Positions 45,457 to 62,292 of a stretch of 64,000 nucleotides of DNA are shown here, piece after piece. Position 1 is the first letter of the stretch; every line of letters begins with the position of its first letter. The translations under genes were made by a program, and so were the position numbers. The notes beneath the pieces were generated by a model. That model was not told the DNA's origin. It was given only the letters and a program-made list of their open reading frames with translations, and made no database searches. The stretch is from Eledone cirrhosa. Taxonomy: Eukaryota. The stretch lies in assembly GCA_964016885.1 (NCBI GenBank), contig CAXHJY010001334.1, forward strand, positions 72 to 64,071, read 5' to 3'.

Positions 45457-46148
45457 TGTAATAAACAACATAAGGCAATTATTCCATTTACCAGTGGTTT
45501 CTTAAAAGCAAAAGATTTTGCTTTCAATCCTCAGAATGAAAAAATCCTGGTCTGTTTATTGAATTTGGATTTTACATTTTGTAAAAAAAATCATGTTTTC
45601 AAAATTATATTTTTAGTTTGTTCTTATAAAATAAAAAAAAATGTTATTCATATAAATTTTGAGTTATATTTCATACATAAAAGTGAATGTTTGGATATGT
45701 GTGTGAACTCTTGCCGTTTCAACAGCTACTTCCAGAGTTTGGAACTTGCTGTTGAAATGGCAAGAGCTCAACCGTTGTATCCCGACTCTTTATAATATAA
45801 TCATACTCTACTACCCCAAGTATCGAGAACTCTGTTGAGTAATGGTCTAACCAGTTTCAAATTGGTTCTATCCTGATTTATATTCATTTTATTAAGGCGA
45901 AACATTGAGTCTTGTTACTCTTGAATTTCACCTGTTTCTCACAGGATCATTAGATAAGAATTACACATTTAATAATAGGCACAGTAGAGCGTGTGGGACT
46001 CCATTTGCTCTTAATCGATGGGGAGGGTGAGAGAGATGGAAGCGATGGCAGTGGGAGTTCGGCTCCTGTTCGGACCTAGTGTACATGTGTGTGTGTATGT
46101 TTTATTTCTATTCATTCGATATTATATGTTTTTGTAGAGACGTTATAA

Positions 46149-49100
46149 CAGTGATTCTCAACCAGTGTGCTGCGGCACACTGGTGTGCTGCAAGATCTTC
46201 CTAAGTGTGCCACGAAATTTTGAACGGCACACTAAGAAAATGCGAAAAACCATGTGATCCCAATTGAGTATTCAGTTTGTGGTGTAACATTTTGCACTAC
46301 ATAGCTTTGTTCACTTAGGGATGAGCGAAATGTTTCCAAATGTCGCAATGCTAAAAATTCTATACCTTTTATTGTTTCGTTTGTCATTAGTATTGATCAT
46401 ATGAATGGATATTGGTCAATGCTCGTCTTAAGGTGGGACTTCCCTGGAAGAAAAAAAATTATTATATCATGCATCTTTTTTTCACTTTTCTGGTAGAATC
46501 TACCTCTAAAACTGAGACAAATGATATATTTCTTTTTCATATAGTCCTAATTTTTGCTGAGATATGACCAAAAATGGTTGAAAAATAGCGTAATTTTCAG
46601 TTCTTTTGAGAAAATCCAAATAAGCTATGAAGATGATTTTTACATTTTTAGAACTAGAAAACTAGTCATTGTATAATAACAAGCCTTTTTTTGATATTTT
46701 GGGAAAAAAACTTTTTATCCTCATTAGTGTGCTGGAGAGTAAAAGAATTGAAAACAAAAATCACAATTTATTTGGATAAAAGCAACTATAACATTTTTTC
46801 AAGGCAGAATTTTTAAAAAAGGCTCTGTCCCGATGAAGCTATTATTATATGGAAGGTCTCTTCAAAACTTCAAGCAAATCTATCGAGTAGATTTTCTGGA
46901 AAGAGCTCTGAAATTTTGAGAAGTACCCATTTTGAGAAAATTGCCTGTAAAAATTAAAAACACAAATGTTAGCTTCTACCTCTGTTTCGGAACAATCTAT
47001 GGATGATTCCGAGGATTTAGCTCAGAATTCTCTGGTTCATGCTACTAATGAGTCCATGTTAGCTTCCCTTTACATATATTTTGTCTTGCTTCATCTCTAT
47101 ATGGCATAATTTCCTAATTTTCTGGTGGATTATCCCATCGGAAGGGTGAGTTTGGCTGCCATGTTTACATTGTGATGGGGGAAGGCGAGTCACGTCATGT
47201 GCTGGACCAATCAGCGGGCGCCATTCGCCGAGTTTAGCCGAAAAGGAGGCTCGATGTGCATTTGCGTCGATTTTCTGGCTTTTCATCTTATGCTAATGAG
47301 GGTATAGTAGAGGTCTGTAGCTGTCTACTGGTGTGTCGAACATAGCAAAAATGGCGGATTTACGATGTGTTGTCAGTGCTCAAACATTGACTATTTTTGT
47401 GCGTAATACATCGAAATTTGATGATTTCCAGCTAGAAATGGTCTCATAAAACATTAATTTTAGGTAGGAAGACATATTTTTATTGTTTTGCTGTGTTTGT
47501 ACACGAAAGAGAAGACACTGTCATCTCAATATAGACAATCCAACCCCAAACTGTCATATTGATATTTCATGACCCTTCACAATGGATAAATATTTGAAAA
47601 GGAAAGATATTAGTGACGAGTCTAAGTCCAGAGGCGAACAACCATCAACCTCTATTGTCAAAAAGAGAAACATTAATCGACAATATTGTGAAAATTATTT
47701 GAAATTTGGATTTTATTGGTCTGGTGACGTTAACAAACCAAGTCCATCATGTGTAGTGTGCGGTGAAACAATGTCAAATGAATCCATGGTACCAAGTAAG
47801 TTAGAAACACATTTTAATTCAAAACATTCATCTCTGAAAGATAAAAAGCTTGATTACTTTCAAAGACTGTTAGAGCAGAAATCAAAACAGCGAAGTTATT
47901 TTGAAAAAATAATGACCATGTCTGAACGAGCCCAACTATCGTCAATTCAGGTGGCTGAAATAATAGCATTCAAATCTAAATTCCATACGCTTGCTGAGTC
48001 AGTCGTCCTACTAGCTAGCAAAAAGATGGTAAAATCCATGTTTGGTGAAAAGACTGAGAAGGAATTGAACAATATCCCGATTTCAAATGATCCAATACGT
48101 AGAAAAATCCTAGATATATCGAAAAATATTGAAGACAATGTTCAGAAAAAGCTTAAGAATTCTAATTTTGCTTTAACCGTGGATGAATCCAATGACATCA
48201 GTAATAAAAGTCAATTGCTTGCATTTTACGTTTTATTGACGAGAATGAAATAATCAATCAATTTTTGTTCTGTAAAGAAATGTCCACAACTACAAGAGGT
48301 CAAGATATTTTTGATTTGATAACAGGCTACCTGAAAGAAATGAATTTGTCTTGGAAGTCCTGTGTTGGCATTTGCACCGATGGAGCCCCATGTATGACAG
48401 GCTGTATGAAAAGATTTGTATCCTTCGTAGAAAAAGAAAATCCAAACCTCATTCATATTCATTGCTTTCTACATAGAGAAGTTCTTGTTTCAAAAATATC
48501 GCAGGAAGATTTAAAGGTTGTGTTACATCAAGTTGTTGGAATGGTCAATTATATAAAAAGTAGGCCATTGAAGTCACGATTATTTGAACAACTGTGCAAA
48601 GAAATGGACTCTTAGCAAGTTAACACTGAGGTTCGCTGGCTGTCGAAAGGCAAAATACTAAATCATGTTCACGGACTGCACAAGGAATTACTATAATTTT
48701 TTCTCCAGGAAAAGCAGGAGAAATTCTGTGAATACCTTAGTTGCGAATTTTGGATATCTAAAATGGAATACCTAACAGAAATATTTAGTGAACTAAATAA
48801 AACAAACAGTAGTATGCAATGTAAAAACGAAAATATTCTCACTTCAACAGACAAGTAAGTTGACCTCAAAAAGAAAATTGTATTTTGGAAAAAAAGAGCA
48901 ATCACTGGCAATCTTGATATGTTCCCTTTATTGTATTAGAGAAATGATCCCTATTGTGGTTACTCATCTGACAGCCCTGGACGAAAGCATCAACAATTAC
49001 TTTCTGTCATTAAAGACAGAAAAGTATGATTGGATTAGAGATCCTTTCATAAATAATTCTTCCAACATTGAACTTGAGTTACCCTTTCTAGTGACCGAGG

Positions 49101-49626
49101 GTTAAAATTAAAACATTCGACTCGGGCCATTCATTCATTTTGAATTTCAATTCAAGAAGAGTATCCCATATTTAGCAATTTTATTACAATTTTCAACTTC
49201 TTATATATGTGAATTAGGCTTCTCAACATTAAAGAACATCAAAAACAGGAAGCGTGAGAGATTACGTACAACGGAAGAAGAAATGAGGTTGTGTCTGTCT
49301 CTTATTCGACCAAACATTGCGGAAATTATGAATAAAAGCCAGGCACAAATTTCTCACTAAAGAAAGTGTTTCGGATTTCATCAGTCAAATAGATGAAATT
49401 CGAAACACTGCAATAAAGTAAGTTCATAGCTGTGTTTTTTCTTTATTTAGTTTGAATCATTCTATGTGTCTATGACTAGTTTGTGTCTACGGTTGTATGC
49501 CGTCTATGACTTGCCATGTTTTTATTTTGTAAAATTCAAATATTTTTCATATATATTTACCCAGGTGTGCTATTTTTTCATGTGTTCCAAGGTGTGCCGT
49601 TGGCAAAAAAAGGTTGAGAACCACTG
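46149..49626 (+). mobile_element. hAT DNA transposon, Buster/Charlie group, decayed
   Basis: 15 bp TIRs CAGTG(A/G)TTCTCAACC; 8 bp TSD cgtTAtaa / tgtTAtag with central TA. Confidence 0.92.
47582..49360 (+). pseudogene. Buster-type hAT transposase with BED finger, frameshifts and stops
   Basis: YLKFGF..CVVC...PSKLETH...H, VDESND, CTDGAPCM, HCFLHRE, TEVRWLSKG, CELGFS; broken across several frames. Confidence 0.88.
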
Positions 49627-51853
49627 TGTTATAGTAACACTTACATAGTGAAGGTTAGCATCTAATTAATAGTGTGTAAAATATATTTTGGCGGGTCACA
49701 TTGTAATTGAACAACGAATATTCATGATTCGGTGTCTTTTCGTATACTACCACATTTAACGTTACACATTTTCTAAACGGTGATCTCTAATACTGTTTTT
49801 AAGCGTTATTTTGTGAAAATATGTTTGTTTTAAAAAATTAATGAAGTATAAAATAATGGTTTCTTATATAGGCACAAGGCCAGAAATTTTGGGGGAAGGG
49901 GAAAGTCGATTAAATCGACCCCAGCGCGTGACTGGTACTTTATTTTATCGAGCCCGTAAGGATGAAAGGCAAAGTTAACCTCGGCGGGATTTGAACTCGG
50001 ATCATAAAGGGCCGTAACTCTATGCTGCAAAGCTTGGTGTTGAACCCTCTACCGATACTGCCAATCCACCACTCAAATAATTGTTTCTACTTTTGACACA
50101 AGGCCAGCAATTATCCCAGTGCATTACTGGTACTTTATTTAATGCACTGGGATAATTGCCGCCCAAATAATTGTTTCTACTTTTGGCACAAGGCCAGCAA
50201 TTACCCAATGCATTACTGCTATTTTATTTTATCGACCCCATAGGGATGAAAGGCAAAGTTAACCTCGGCGGGATTTGAACTCAGAATGGCAAGGGCCGTA
50301 ACTCTATGCGTCAAAGCATGGTGCCCGACTCTCTACCGATACACCGAACCCAAATAATGGTAGATTGTAAGTAAAAATATATTTTACTTACCTGAAATAT
50401 ATTACAGCTTTTAGTTTTTTTTTAACCAACTGGAATGATTTTTAACACTGACGCTTTTACTTGCCCAACTTATGATCTTCGTTTTAAGAATGAACTGCCT
50501 ACAGAAGAAATAGTACTGACCACGATTGACAAAGAAAAGCTTGAAACTGAACTATTTTATTGTAAATCCAATATGCATGAATATTGTAAATTAATTGAGC
50601 TGCTGAAATTTATCTTGGAAAATGATCTATCGGTCGCTCACCGACAAGATTACGATTGAGCCCGTGGCAGTGGAGACTGCTAATATCCTTGTCCTCCGGA
50701 CCATCTTCCTGCTCACCACCATTGGCACAGAGTTGGCTATCCACAGGTGTGAGCCTTGTGAGATGGAATGGCTCTTCTAGCGCGTTTCGCTCACCATCCT
50801 CCGGGGAAAGGCCTTCTCTATTCTGTCCGCCGGGGCGACCAGTGCGTGGGCCCCTATTTGCTCATAATTGTGAGAGATGGGGAGAGCGGGAGAGACGGAG
50901 GCAATGCGAGTTTGGTTCTTTTGTGTTTGGACATGGTGTATATGTTTCACGAATATACATTCAGTACCACACTGACATTATGTAACTAGGTCACCCGTGA
51001 TACGTTGGGTCACTTAAAAACAATTTAAAAATAATTCAAATATGTACAGAAACGTATATGGTGTAAAATGAAATTGGAAGGCCCATATAGATATATATAT
51101 ATATGTGTACATGTGTGAACGAGTATGTTCATATGTATACACGTGTAAGCATGTGTGTACATATCTGTACGTGTGTGTGTGTGTGTGCATACGTACATAT
51201 ATGTATGAGTGTGTATGTGTTTGCGTACATGTGTTTGTGTATGTGTATGCGTGAGTGTGTACGTATGTGTGTATCTGTGAGTGCGTGTGTGCATGTTTAC
51301 ACACGAATGAAAGGTGATGTGGAAGACATTAGAGAATGACTATGAAATATTTAACGGCAGCTTGCATACTGGAAGTTGATAATGATTTAGTAAATTGATT
51401 TGTCGCATGGATAGAACGAGAATGATATTGGAAATATAGAAATTTATCGAAGCGCTAAATTGAGTTCAGAGAGGTTTAAAATAATGTAAATGTAAATGTA
51501 TATGTGTGTGTCTATATATATAAAATGTTTTTTAGAGAAAAATAACGGGTACAATATATATACATATATATATATAGGACCTGTTATTTTTCTCTAAAAA
51601 ACATTTTCCGTTCTTGCTTAGCACGTCTCTTCAATCTTTTTATTTTTTCTATAATTTCTCTTTCAATTTCTGGTTGAAAGATGAGCGTCCGAAATACACT
51701 TTAATACTGTTCTCCTACTATCTCAAGCGTAAAACTAATATATTTCATAATCGTACTGTATCAGTTGCTTTGTTTCTGTTTGCCTTCTGTATATATATAT
51801 ATATATATATATGTATATGTATGTATATGTATGTATATATATATATATATGTA

Positions 51854-52200
51854 TCATCATTAACGTTTAACGTCCGTGTTCCACGCTTGCATGGGTTTGG
51901 ACGGGGGTTTTCCCACTTGAGGCAAGAGTGTTTGTCTTGCTCGCATAGGACTATCTGGCGGGTTTTCTACAGCTGGATGCCCTTCCTAACACCAACCACA
52001 TTTACAGTGTGGGGTTGGGAGGTTTTACCGTGTTGCCTACACGGCCACATTACAGCGTGGACTGTCTGGCAGGTTTTCTACAGCTGGATGCCCTTCCTAA
52101 CATCAACCACATTTACAGTGTGGGGCTGGGAGGTTTTTACCGTGTTGCCTACACGACCACATTACAGCGTGGACTGTGTCTACACGATCTCATTGTTTCG
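51854..52200 (-). mobile_element. RTE-related non-autonomous element with ~120 bp internal duplication
   Basis: Plus-strand CATCATTAACGTTTAACGTCC (minus-strand tail) and two copies of CTACAGCTGGATGCCCTTCCTAAC. Confidence 0.6.
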
Positions 52201-52204
52201 GCCT

Positions 52205-55662
<3,458 letters not shown>

Positions 55663-55963
55663 AAGATTTCTAATAAGAATGAAACGCGTAGGTTACTTCC
55701 CTTGCTTTTATCGAGAATCTAATTGTAATACGTGACGTATTCTATTCTATAGCGATTAGGTCTTCAAAATGTTTATTATAAACATACAGAATATTTTCGA
55801 ATATTCTATGTCTATCTTCACATATATATCGCTATTTCAGAGCATTTAATCCAATTTCTAATTTCTGCCGGACCGGCAACCGCTCTTTCAAACCAGTTCC
55901 TGTACACAGCTAAGTATTCTATAAGTCTCTAGCTGTGTCATTCTCGATAAAAGCACTGGATAT

Positions 55964-56006
55964 GTAGTCCTGAAGATTTCTAATAAGAATGAAACGCGTA
56001 GATTAC
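55964..56006 (+). ncRNA. Minimal type I hammerhead ribozyme
   Basis: GTAGTC-CTGAAGA-t-TTCT-aata-AGAA-t-GAAA-CGCG-TA-GATTAC; cleavage predicted after 56000. Confidence 0.88.
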
Positions 56007-56273
56007 TTCCCTTGCTTTTATCGAGAATCTAATTGTAATACGTGACGTATTCTATTCTATAGCGATTAGGTCTTCAAAATGTTTATTATAAACATACAGA
56101 ATATTTTCGAATATTCTATGTCTATCTTCACATATATATCGCTATTTCAGAGCATTTAATCCAATTTCTAATTTCTGCCGGACCGGCAACCGCTCTTTCA
56201 AACCAGTTCCTGTACACAGCTAAGTATTCTATAAGTCTCTAGCTGTGTCATTCTCGATAAAAGCACTGGATAT

Positions 56274-56316
56274 GTAGTCCTGAAGATTTCTAATAAGAAT
56301 GAAACGCGTAGGTTAC
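56274..56316 (+). ncRNA. Minimal type I hammerhead ribozyme
   Basis: GTAGTC-CTGAAGA...GAAA-CGCG-TA-GGTTAC; cleavage predicted after 56310. Confidence 0.88.
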
Positions 56317-56583
56317 TTCCCTTGCTTTTATCGAGAATCTAATTGTAATACGTGACGTATTCTATTCTATAGCGATTAGGTCTTCAAAATGTTTATTATA
56401 AACATACAGAATATTTTCGAATATTCTATGTCTATCTTCACATATATATCGCTATTTCAGAGCATTTAATCCAATTTCTAATTTCTGCCGGACCGGCAAC
56501 CGCTCTTTCAAACCAGTTCCTGTACACAGCTAAGTATTCTATAAGTCTCTAGCTGTGTCATTCTCGATAAAAGCACTGGATAT

Positions 56584-56626
56584 GTAATCCTGAAGATTTC
56601 TAATAAGAATGAAACGCGTAGGTTAC
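56584..56626 (+). ncRNA. Minimal type I hammerhead ribozyme
   Basis: GTAATC-CTGAAGA...GAAA-CGCG-TA-GGTTAC; cleavage predicted after 56620. Confidence 0.88.
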
Positions 56627-56856
56627 TTCCCTTGCTTTTATCGAGAATCTAATTGTAATACGTGACGTATTCTATTCTATAGCGATTAGGTCTTCAAAAT
56701 GTTTATTATAAACATACAGAATATTTTCGAATATTCTATGTCTATCTTCATATATATATATATATATATATAAGTATACGTAAATCAGTAGAGTTTCAGC
56801 AGATCCTGTATAGGGTGAAAGCAGAAATTTTTTGATTAATCATTAATCTGTACCAA

Positions 56857-56893
<37 letters not shown>

Positions 56894-59800
56894 GTATTTG
56901 AGAGAGTGAAGTTACTGGTTGTTTAGCCTCTAAATTTTCGGTTAGTTTTCCAAACAAAGATCCACTACAAGTTTGTTGGCTTTCAATTGATGTTGTTGAT
57001 AATGTTATTGTTTATTCCCAAACCAGGCCCGATTGAACAGATCTATGACGAAAGATAACTACTACATACCCCTCACTTTTATGTCTTTATCCTGGACTAC
57101 CAATATCTTCTCTGCCTTTAAAAGCGAAAATGTTAATTGAGAGAGATTTGGTCACTCTTTATAGTAGGCCAAGTACACCCGTAGAATCTGACCGGAGGCT
57201 TTAATTGTGGTAAGAAACTCTCATAAGAGCTGGACAACAGAAGGTCTTCAGGCGAGAATCCTCCATCAAGCAAGTGTTTCAGCTGTTAATATATATATAT
57301 ATATATATATAGTGGTAAGAAAATCTTAGAAAAACTGGAAAGGTCTTTAGAGAAGAACCACATATCCTCAAGCAAGTGTTTCGGCCTTTAACAACTCCAA
57401 ATATGTTGGTCTCGCGCTTGTATCAAGCATTCTGACATAGCACCCCAATGCTCTTAGCGGGATATGATCTCTGAGGTATACATTTGACTAGTTGGACACC
57501 TGGTCGCTACACTTAACTATGGCACTAACTATATACTTCAAATCATACAGTTTTGGCCAGTCAGTCTAAAGTCTGGACAACATTTGGACGGCTGCTTTTC
57601 TGGAAAAATCATTTATCTAGGAATTACACCATAATTAATATACTGTGTTTATATGGCTTTAGTAACAGAATTGTATAAAATTGTGAACGCTACGCCACAC
57701 TTAGCACTTGGTTGTCTAACCAACACGTCACCACCACCACCTCATTATTACCTCACCACCACCACATCACCAGCATCACCTCATCACCACCTCATGATCA
57801 CCTCACAACCACCTCACCATCCGCATCAGTTCAACAACAGTTCACCACCACCACCAACGTTACCTCACTAGCACCACTTCATCATCACCACCACAGACAG
57901 AAATAGTAGTAGTAGCACCAGCTCCACCTATCCTCCACCTCCTCTATATCGTTTGACCAAACTGATAGGGAAGATTCACTGTTGCGTGTGCAAGATCTGA
58001 TAAAATTAATTATTTATTCTATCGCAAATATGAAGAGAATGACTTGTTGTTGTATAGTCGTGTCCATCCCTGAATCTGTAGTCTGGTAAAACACCATCTA
58101 ACCATCAACAACTTGTCGCTTTTCTGCTATTGTCATTTTATTTCAATGTGCAGACCCCCTCCACTATTTTTAAAGGCAATTGTTCGAGATTGACCCCGCA
58201 GATGTTTTCCCAGCGGCAAGGAGGCAATCCATATACCGGGATCTAACTTGGGAGTTAACATAATTAAGTTTATTCATATCTAGGAATATGTGTCTATGTA
58301 AGACTCTCGGCACTCTGTGTTCAAAATCCGTCCAGGTCAACTTTACCATTCATTCTTTGGAGGTCGATAAAAAAAGTACCAGTCTGGTACTGGGATCAAT
58401 TCTTTCTCTATATCTCTTTCTCATTTCTCCTCTTCTACTTTCTCTCTCTTTCTCTGGAAGAAACTGGTCCCGTTCAGACCTGAAGAGATGTGCTCCGCCA
58501 TGTTTAAAATGCCTACGATTCCACCAGGGGTATATCTGGGTAATAAGTATATATGTGGAATAAAAGAATATCATAAAGAGTCGAAATAAAAAGTTCCTTT
58601 AGATAATTCACAAATAGTTTAAGAAAATTGTTAGATAAACGTGTTATTAATGTTTATAGGTGCATAGCGCCCTCTGTGTTGGCATATTATATCATCAAGG
58701 GGTTCAACGTAGTTCGCTTATTGACTGAAAAAAGTATCAGCAATCGGCTTTGTTCTCTAGCGATTGAACTAAGAGACATTCCATTTATAAGGGGTTTTTA
58801 CTCGATTTTCAAACCTATTTATAGCAACCGACTATATTTAGTTATTCTTCTGCGCTTGAGCATATTAATGTTCCAAATGAATTTAATAATCTCCCAGCAT
58901 TTCGCAAGTTAGAAATTTCTAATTTTGCATACGCTAGAACGTCGGATAGAATGCTTTGCGGCATTCGTTCCGACTCTGCTCTCAGTTCAAATCTCACCGA
59001 GATCAACTTTGCCTTTCATCATTTGGAGGTCGATAAAAAATACCAGTCTATTACTGGGGTCGATTCTTCCTCTATATCTCTTTATCACTTCCTCTCTCTC
59101 TTTCTAACTTTCTCTAGAAAAAAATCTGCTGTATTCAGACCTGGAGAGAGAGGATAGGATCCACCAGGCATAAAATGTCCAAGAAACGCTGTCTGCCACT
59201 ACGGCGCTCCTACGATTCCACTAGGAGCTACGAGACCATACCATATTTGTGTAAGAACTGCCCCCACAAACACTCGCATATACCATGTGCTGGCTATTTT
59301 ATTCATTAACTTAATCCGCTGAAATGTCGGAATAACACAACACCACAGAACACAACTGTATCCCAGCACGCCGCGACATACCACACAACACTACATCACA
59401 CTACACTACACATCATACCACGCCACACAGCACACCACTCCACACCACAGCACACACGCCACACCACACAGCACAGCAAACCATACCACACCACTCAACA
59501 AAACACCATCCACACGACACCGCACCTCAATACACGACACCGCAGCCCGCCTCAGGACCTTTCTCTCTCTCTCCCCTTATGAGACCTCCCTCACAAACAC
59601 AGGAAATTAAAATATCACATTGGTCAGTTTGTTATAAGGGGCTGTAGCTTGATGTTCGGAAGCTGTGTGTTTGTGTGCATGGCTGTGTACGACTGTGTAT
59701 ATGACTGTAAGTGTATGAATGTACGTATGTATGTATTCATGCGTGGGTGTACGTGCGTGCATGTATGTGTGCATGTATGTGTGTGCATTTATGTGTTTGT

Positions 59801-59894
59801 GTTCGTAAGCATAAGATGCATATCTGTATATATATATATATGTTTTGCATGTTAACAGTGTTTGTGTGAGTGTAGATATACTTTTATAGACATA

Positions 59895-60797
59895 CTAGCA
59901 GTGGTACCCAGCGTTGCACGGGATAAGGTATTTTGGAACGTGGGCCGCCAACAAACTTAATCGTGGAAAAACTGCATTCCCGGACAATATGTAAACAAAA
60001 TAAACTGAATACTCTGATGGCTGGATAATCTTTAAGATTTTCCTCGATGAAGCAGGAAAAATGCAGGTTTTCACCTAATGCGGGCCCTAGGGGATCAAGA
60101 AAATGAATTTTTTTAATGTGCATAATATGCCTTGAAATTTCAGGAAAATCGGCTAGACGTAACGCCCCCAAAAGCCCTAAAAAGCTGAAAAAATGAAATT
60201 TTTCACCTAATGCGGGCCCTAGGCCATAAAAAGTTGGATTTTCTTTGCTCACGGTATGAAGAAGAGACTGACTAATACATAGTTACAATTTCAAGGAAAT
60301 CGGTCTGACGTAACGTCTCAAAAAACACCTGAAAAAACGCAGTTTTTCACCTAATGCGGGCCCTAGGGGATCAAAAAGTTGATTTTTTTAATGTGCATAA
60401 CACTCCCTAAAACATAAGTAATACACATGTAAAGTTTGAAAAAAGTCGGTTGGGTACTTCTCGAGTTTTAGGGATTCAAACACACACACACACATCCTCA
60501 GGGAAGTGACGTAATGCAGACAGCCAGACATACAGACAGATATTATAAGGGCGCGACGTTATATGTATGTATCTATCTAAAAAGAGAAAGACTAAGAATG
60601 ATAAAGAGAGATCGCTAAATCGCCTAATGTGGTCCCTAGGGCATTGAAAATTTGAAATTGTTTTGCTCAGAACACTCCCTGAAACATAAGTATTACATGT
60701 GTAAAGTTTGAAAAGAGTCGGTTGGGTGTTTCTCGAGTTTTAGGGATTCAAATTCACACACATACACACACAGACATCCCCAGTTATATATATATAT
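59895..60797 (-). mobile_element. Non-autonomous Helitron, same family as 31611-32862
   Basis: Reverse complement of the 31611/33638 family; the 3' end reads CCCGTGCAACGCTGGGTACCACTGCTAG. Confidence 0.78.
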
Positions 60798-61588
60798 TCA
60801 TATCCTTATTTCTTTATGCTAAAGAGCAGTCATGGTCAAACTGCGACCCGTTTGGCTTTCTGAATGGCACGTCTAATTTCAAAAGTGCCTTGAAATATTT
60901 TTAGTGATGCGATCCGCTTTATGATTAGCCAAATCCTATGCGGCCAACTGCTTGAAAAAGGTTGCTTATGTCTGCTATAGACTGTTGGGTTAACAGAATC
61001 CTTAAAGAATCGTACAAAATGCTTTGTGGCATATTATTACGCCGGGACTTGGAAGGAATGAACCCCAATTGAGGAGGGTGTGTGGCTGATGCAGCGGGTG
61101 TCACCGGCACAAAAAAACAGAAGAATCCCCCCAAAACAAACAGACAGACAAAATAAAAATCTTATAAATATTACTCAATAATTAACACCATTATATTTAA
61201 TTGAATTAATTTATTTATTTAAGAAAAAGTACAATGAAGAAATCTAGTTTGAAATTAGCTTCTACAACAACAACAATAACAACAACAAAACAATAACACG
61301 ACGAAATACAATGGCAATATACAATAATAAGCGAACACTATATTACAATAACAGCAACAATAACAACAATACTATTACTACTACTGGTATTATTACTACT
61401 ACTATTATTACTAATAATAATCCTCTCTTTATTGGCCTCTGGGGCCGATAACAACCGTTTCTAACAGGCACAAGTATATATATATTTAGGGATATAGTGT
61501 CTTAGTTTGACGAAGTCCAGTATGTTACTGGTACATATTTACTTTATAGACCCCCGGTAAGATAAAAAGGCAAAGTTGACATCAGTGT

Positions 61589-61619
<31 letters not shown>

Positions 61620-62292
61620 GGTTGAACTCAGAACATAAAGGGACGTAACTAAATACCACAAAGGCAATTTATCCAATGCTCTGCCAATTCTGGTAAACAT
61701 CTCTGAAATAATTGTGATAATTGTTTTCAACAGACACAAAGCAAGACATTTTTTGGGAAGAAGGCGAGGGAAAGTCGATTATACCCCAATAATTAATCGG
61801 AACTTTATTTCATCGACCCTCGAAGGATGAAAGGTAAAGTTGACCGTGGCGGGATTTGAACTCAGAACGTAAAGAGCCGTAACTAAGCGCCAGTAGGCAT
61901 TTCGTCCGGTGCTCTATTGACTCTGCCAATAACAATAATATATAGAAAAGGGGTGTTTAGTGATTTAGAGGAATGGGTGTGTAGCGTTTTGTATGGAAAG
62001 GGAGGGTGTATAATGTATCTATTTTTAAAGTTCTATATCTCAATACATGACTGGTACTTATGTTATGGACCTTCGAAAGAACGAAAGTCGACCTTTGTGG
62101 GACAACATCAACTACAGCAACAATAAAACAACAACTACTACTACAGCCGCTACTACAAGAAACTACTAAAACAAAATAATAATAATAATATTAATAACGC
62201 AGACAACAACAACACAAGTTAGCAACGGCGATGACAATGATGAAGAGAACAAGGAAAGAAAGAATGAAAGAAAAAAGAAAGAGAAAGAATAT

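Larger units (their letters stand above)
55663..56750 (+). mobile_element. Tandem 310 bp hammerhead-ribozyme repeat (non-LTR retrozyme-like), ~3.5 units
   Basis: Exact 310 bp period (GAAACGCGTA ends at 55690, 56000, 56310, 56620); embedded in (TA)n; non-coding and highly self-complementary. Confidence 0.92.

Noticed and set aside
50435-50659. Possible hAT transposase C-terminal scrap
   Set aside because: Too short and degenerate to support without a search.
55663-56750. 310 bp array as CRISPR or ordinary satellite
   Set aside because: No spacers; the ribozyme cores and end-pairing explain it better.
57200-57395. Duplicated fragments with minus-strand GAAAC and CT(G/A)AAGA
   Set aside because: The cleavage triplet and stems do not assemble into a credible hammerhead.
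60925-61134. GC-richer minus-strand ORF as a further exon
   Set aside because: No convincing splice pairing with the 62293 exon, which already ends in a stop.
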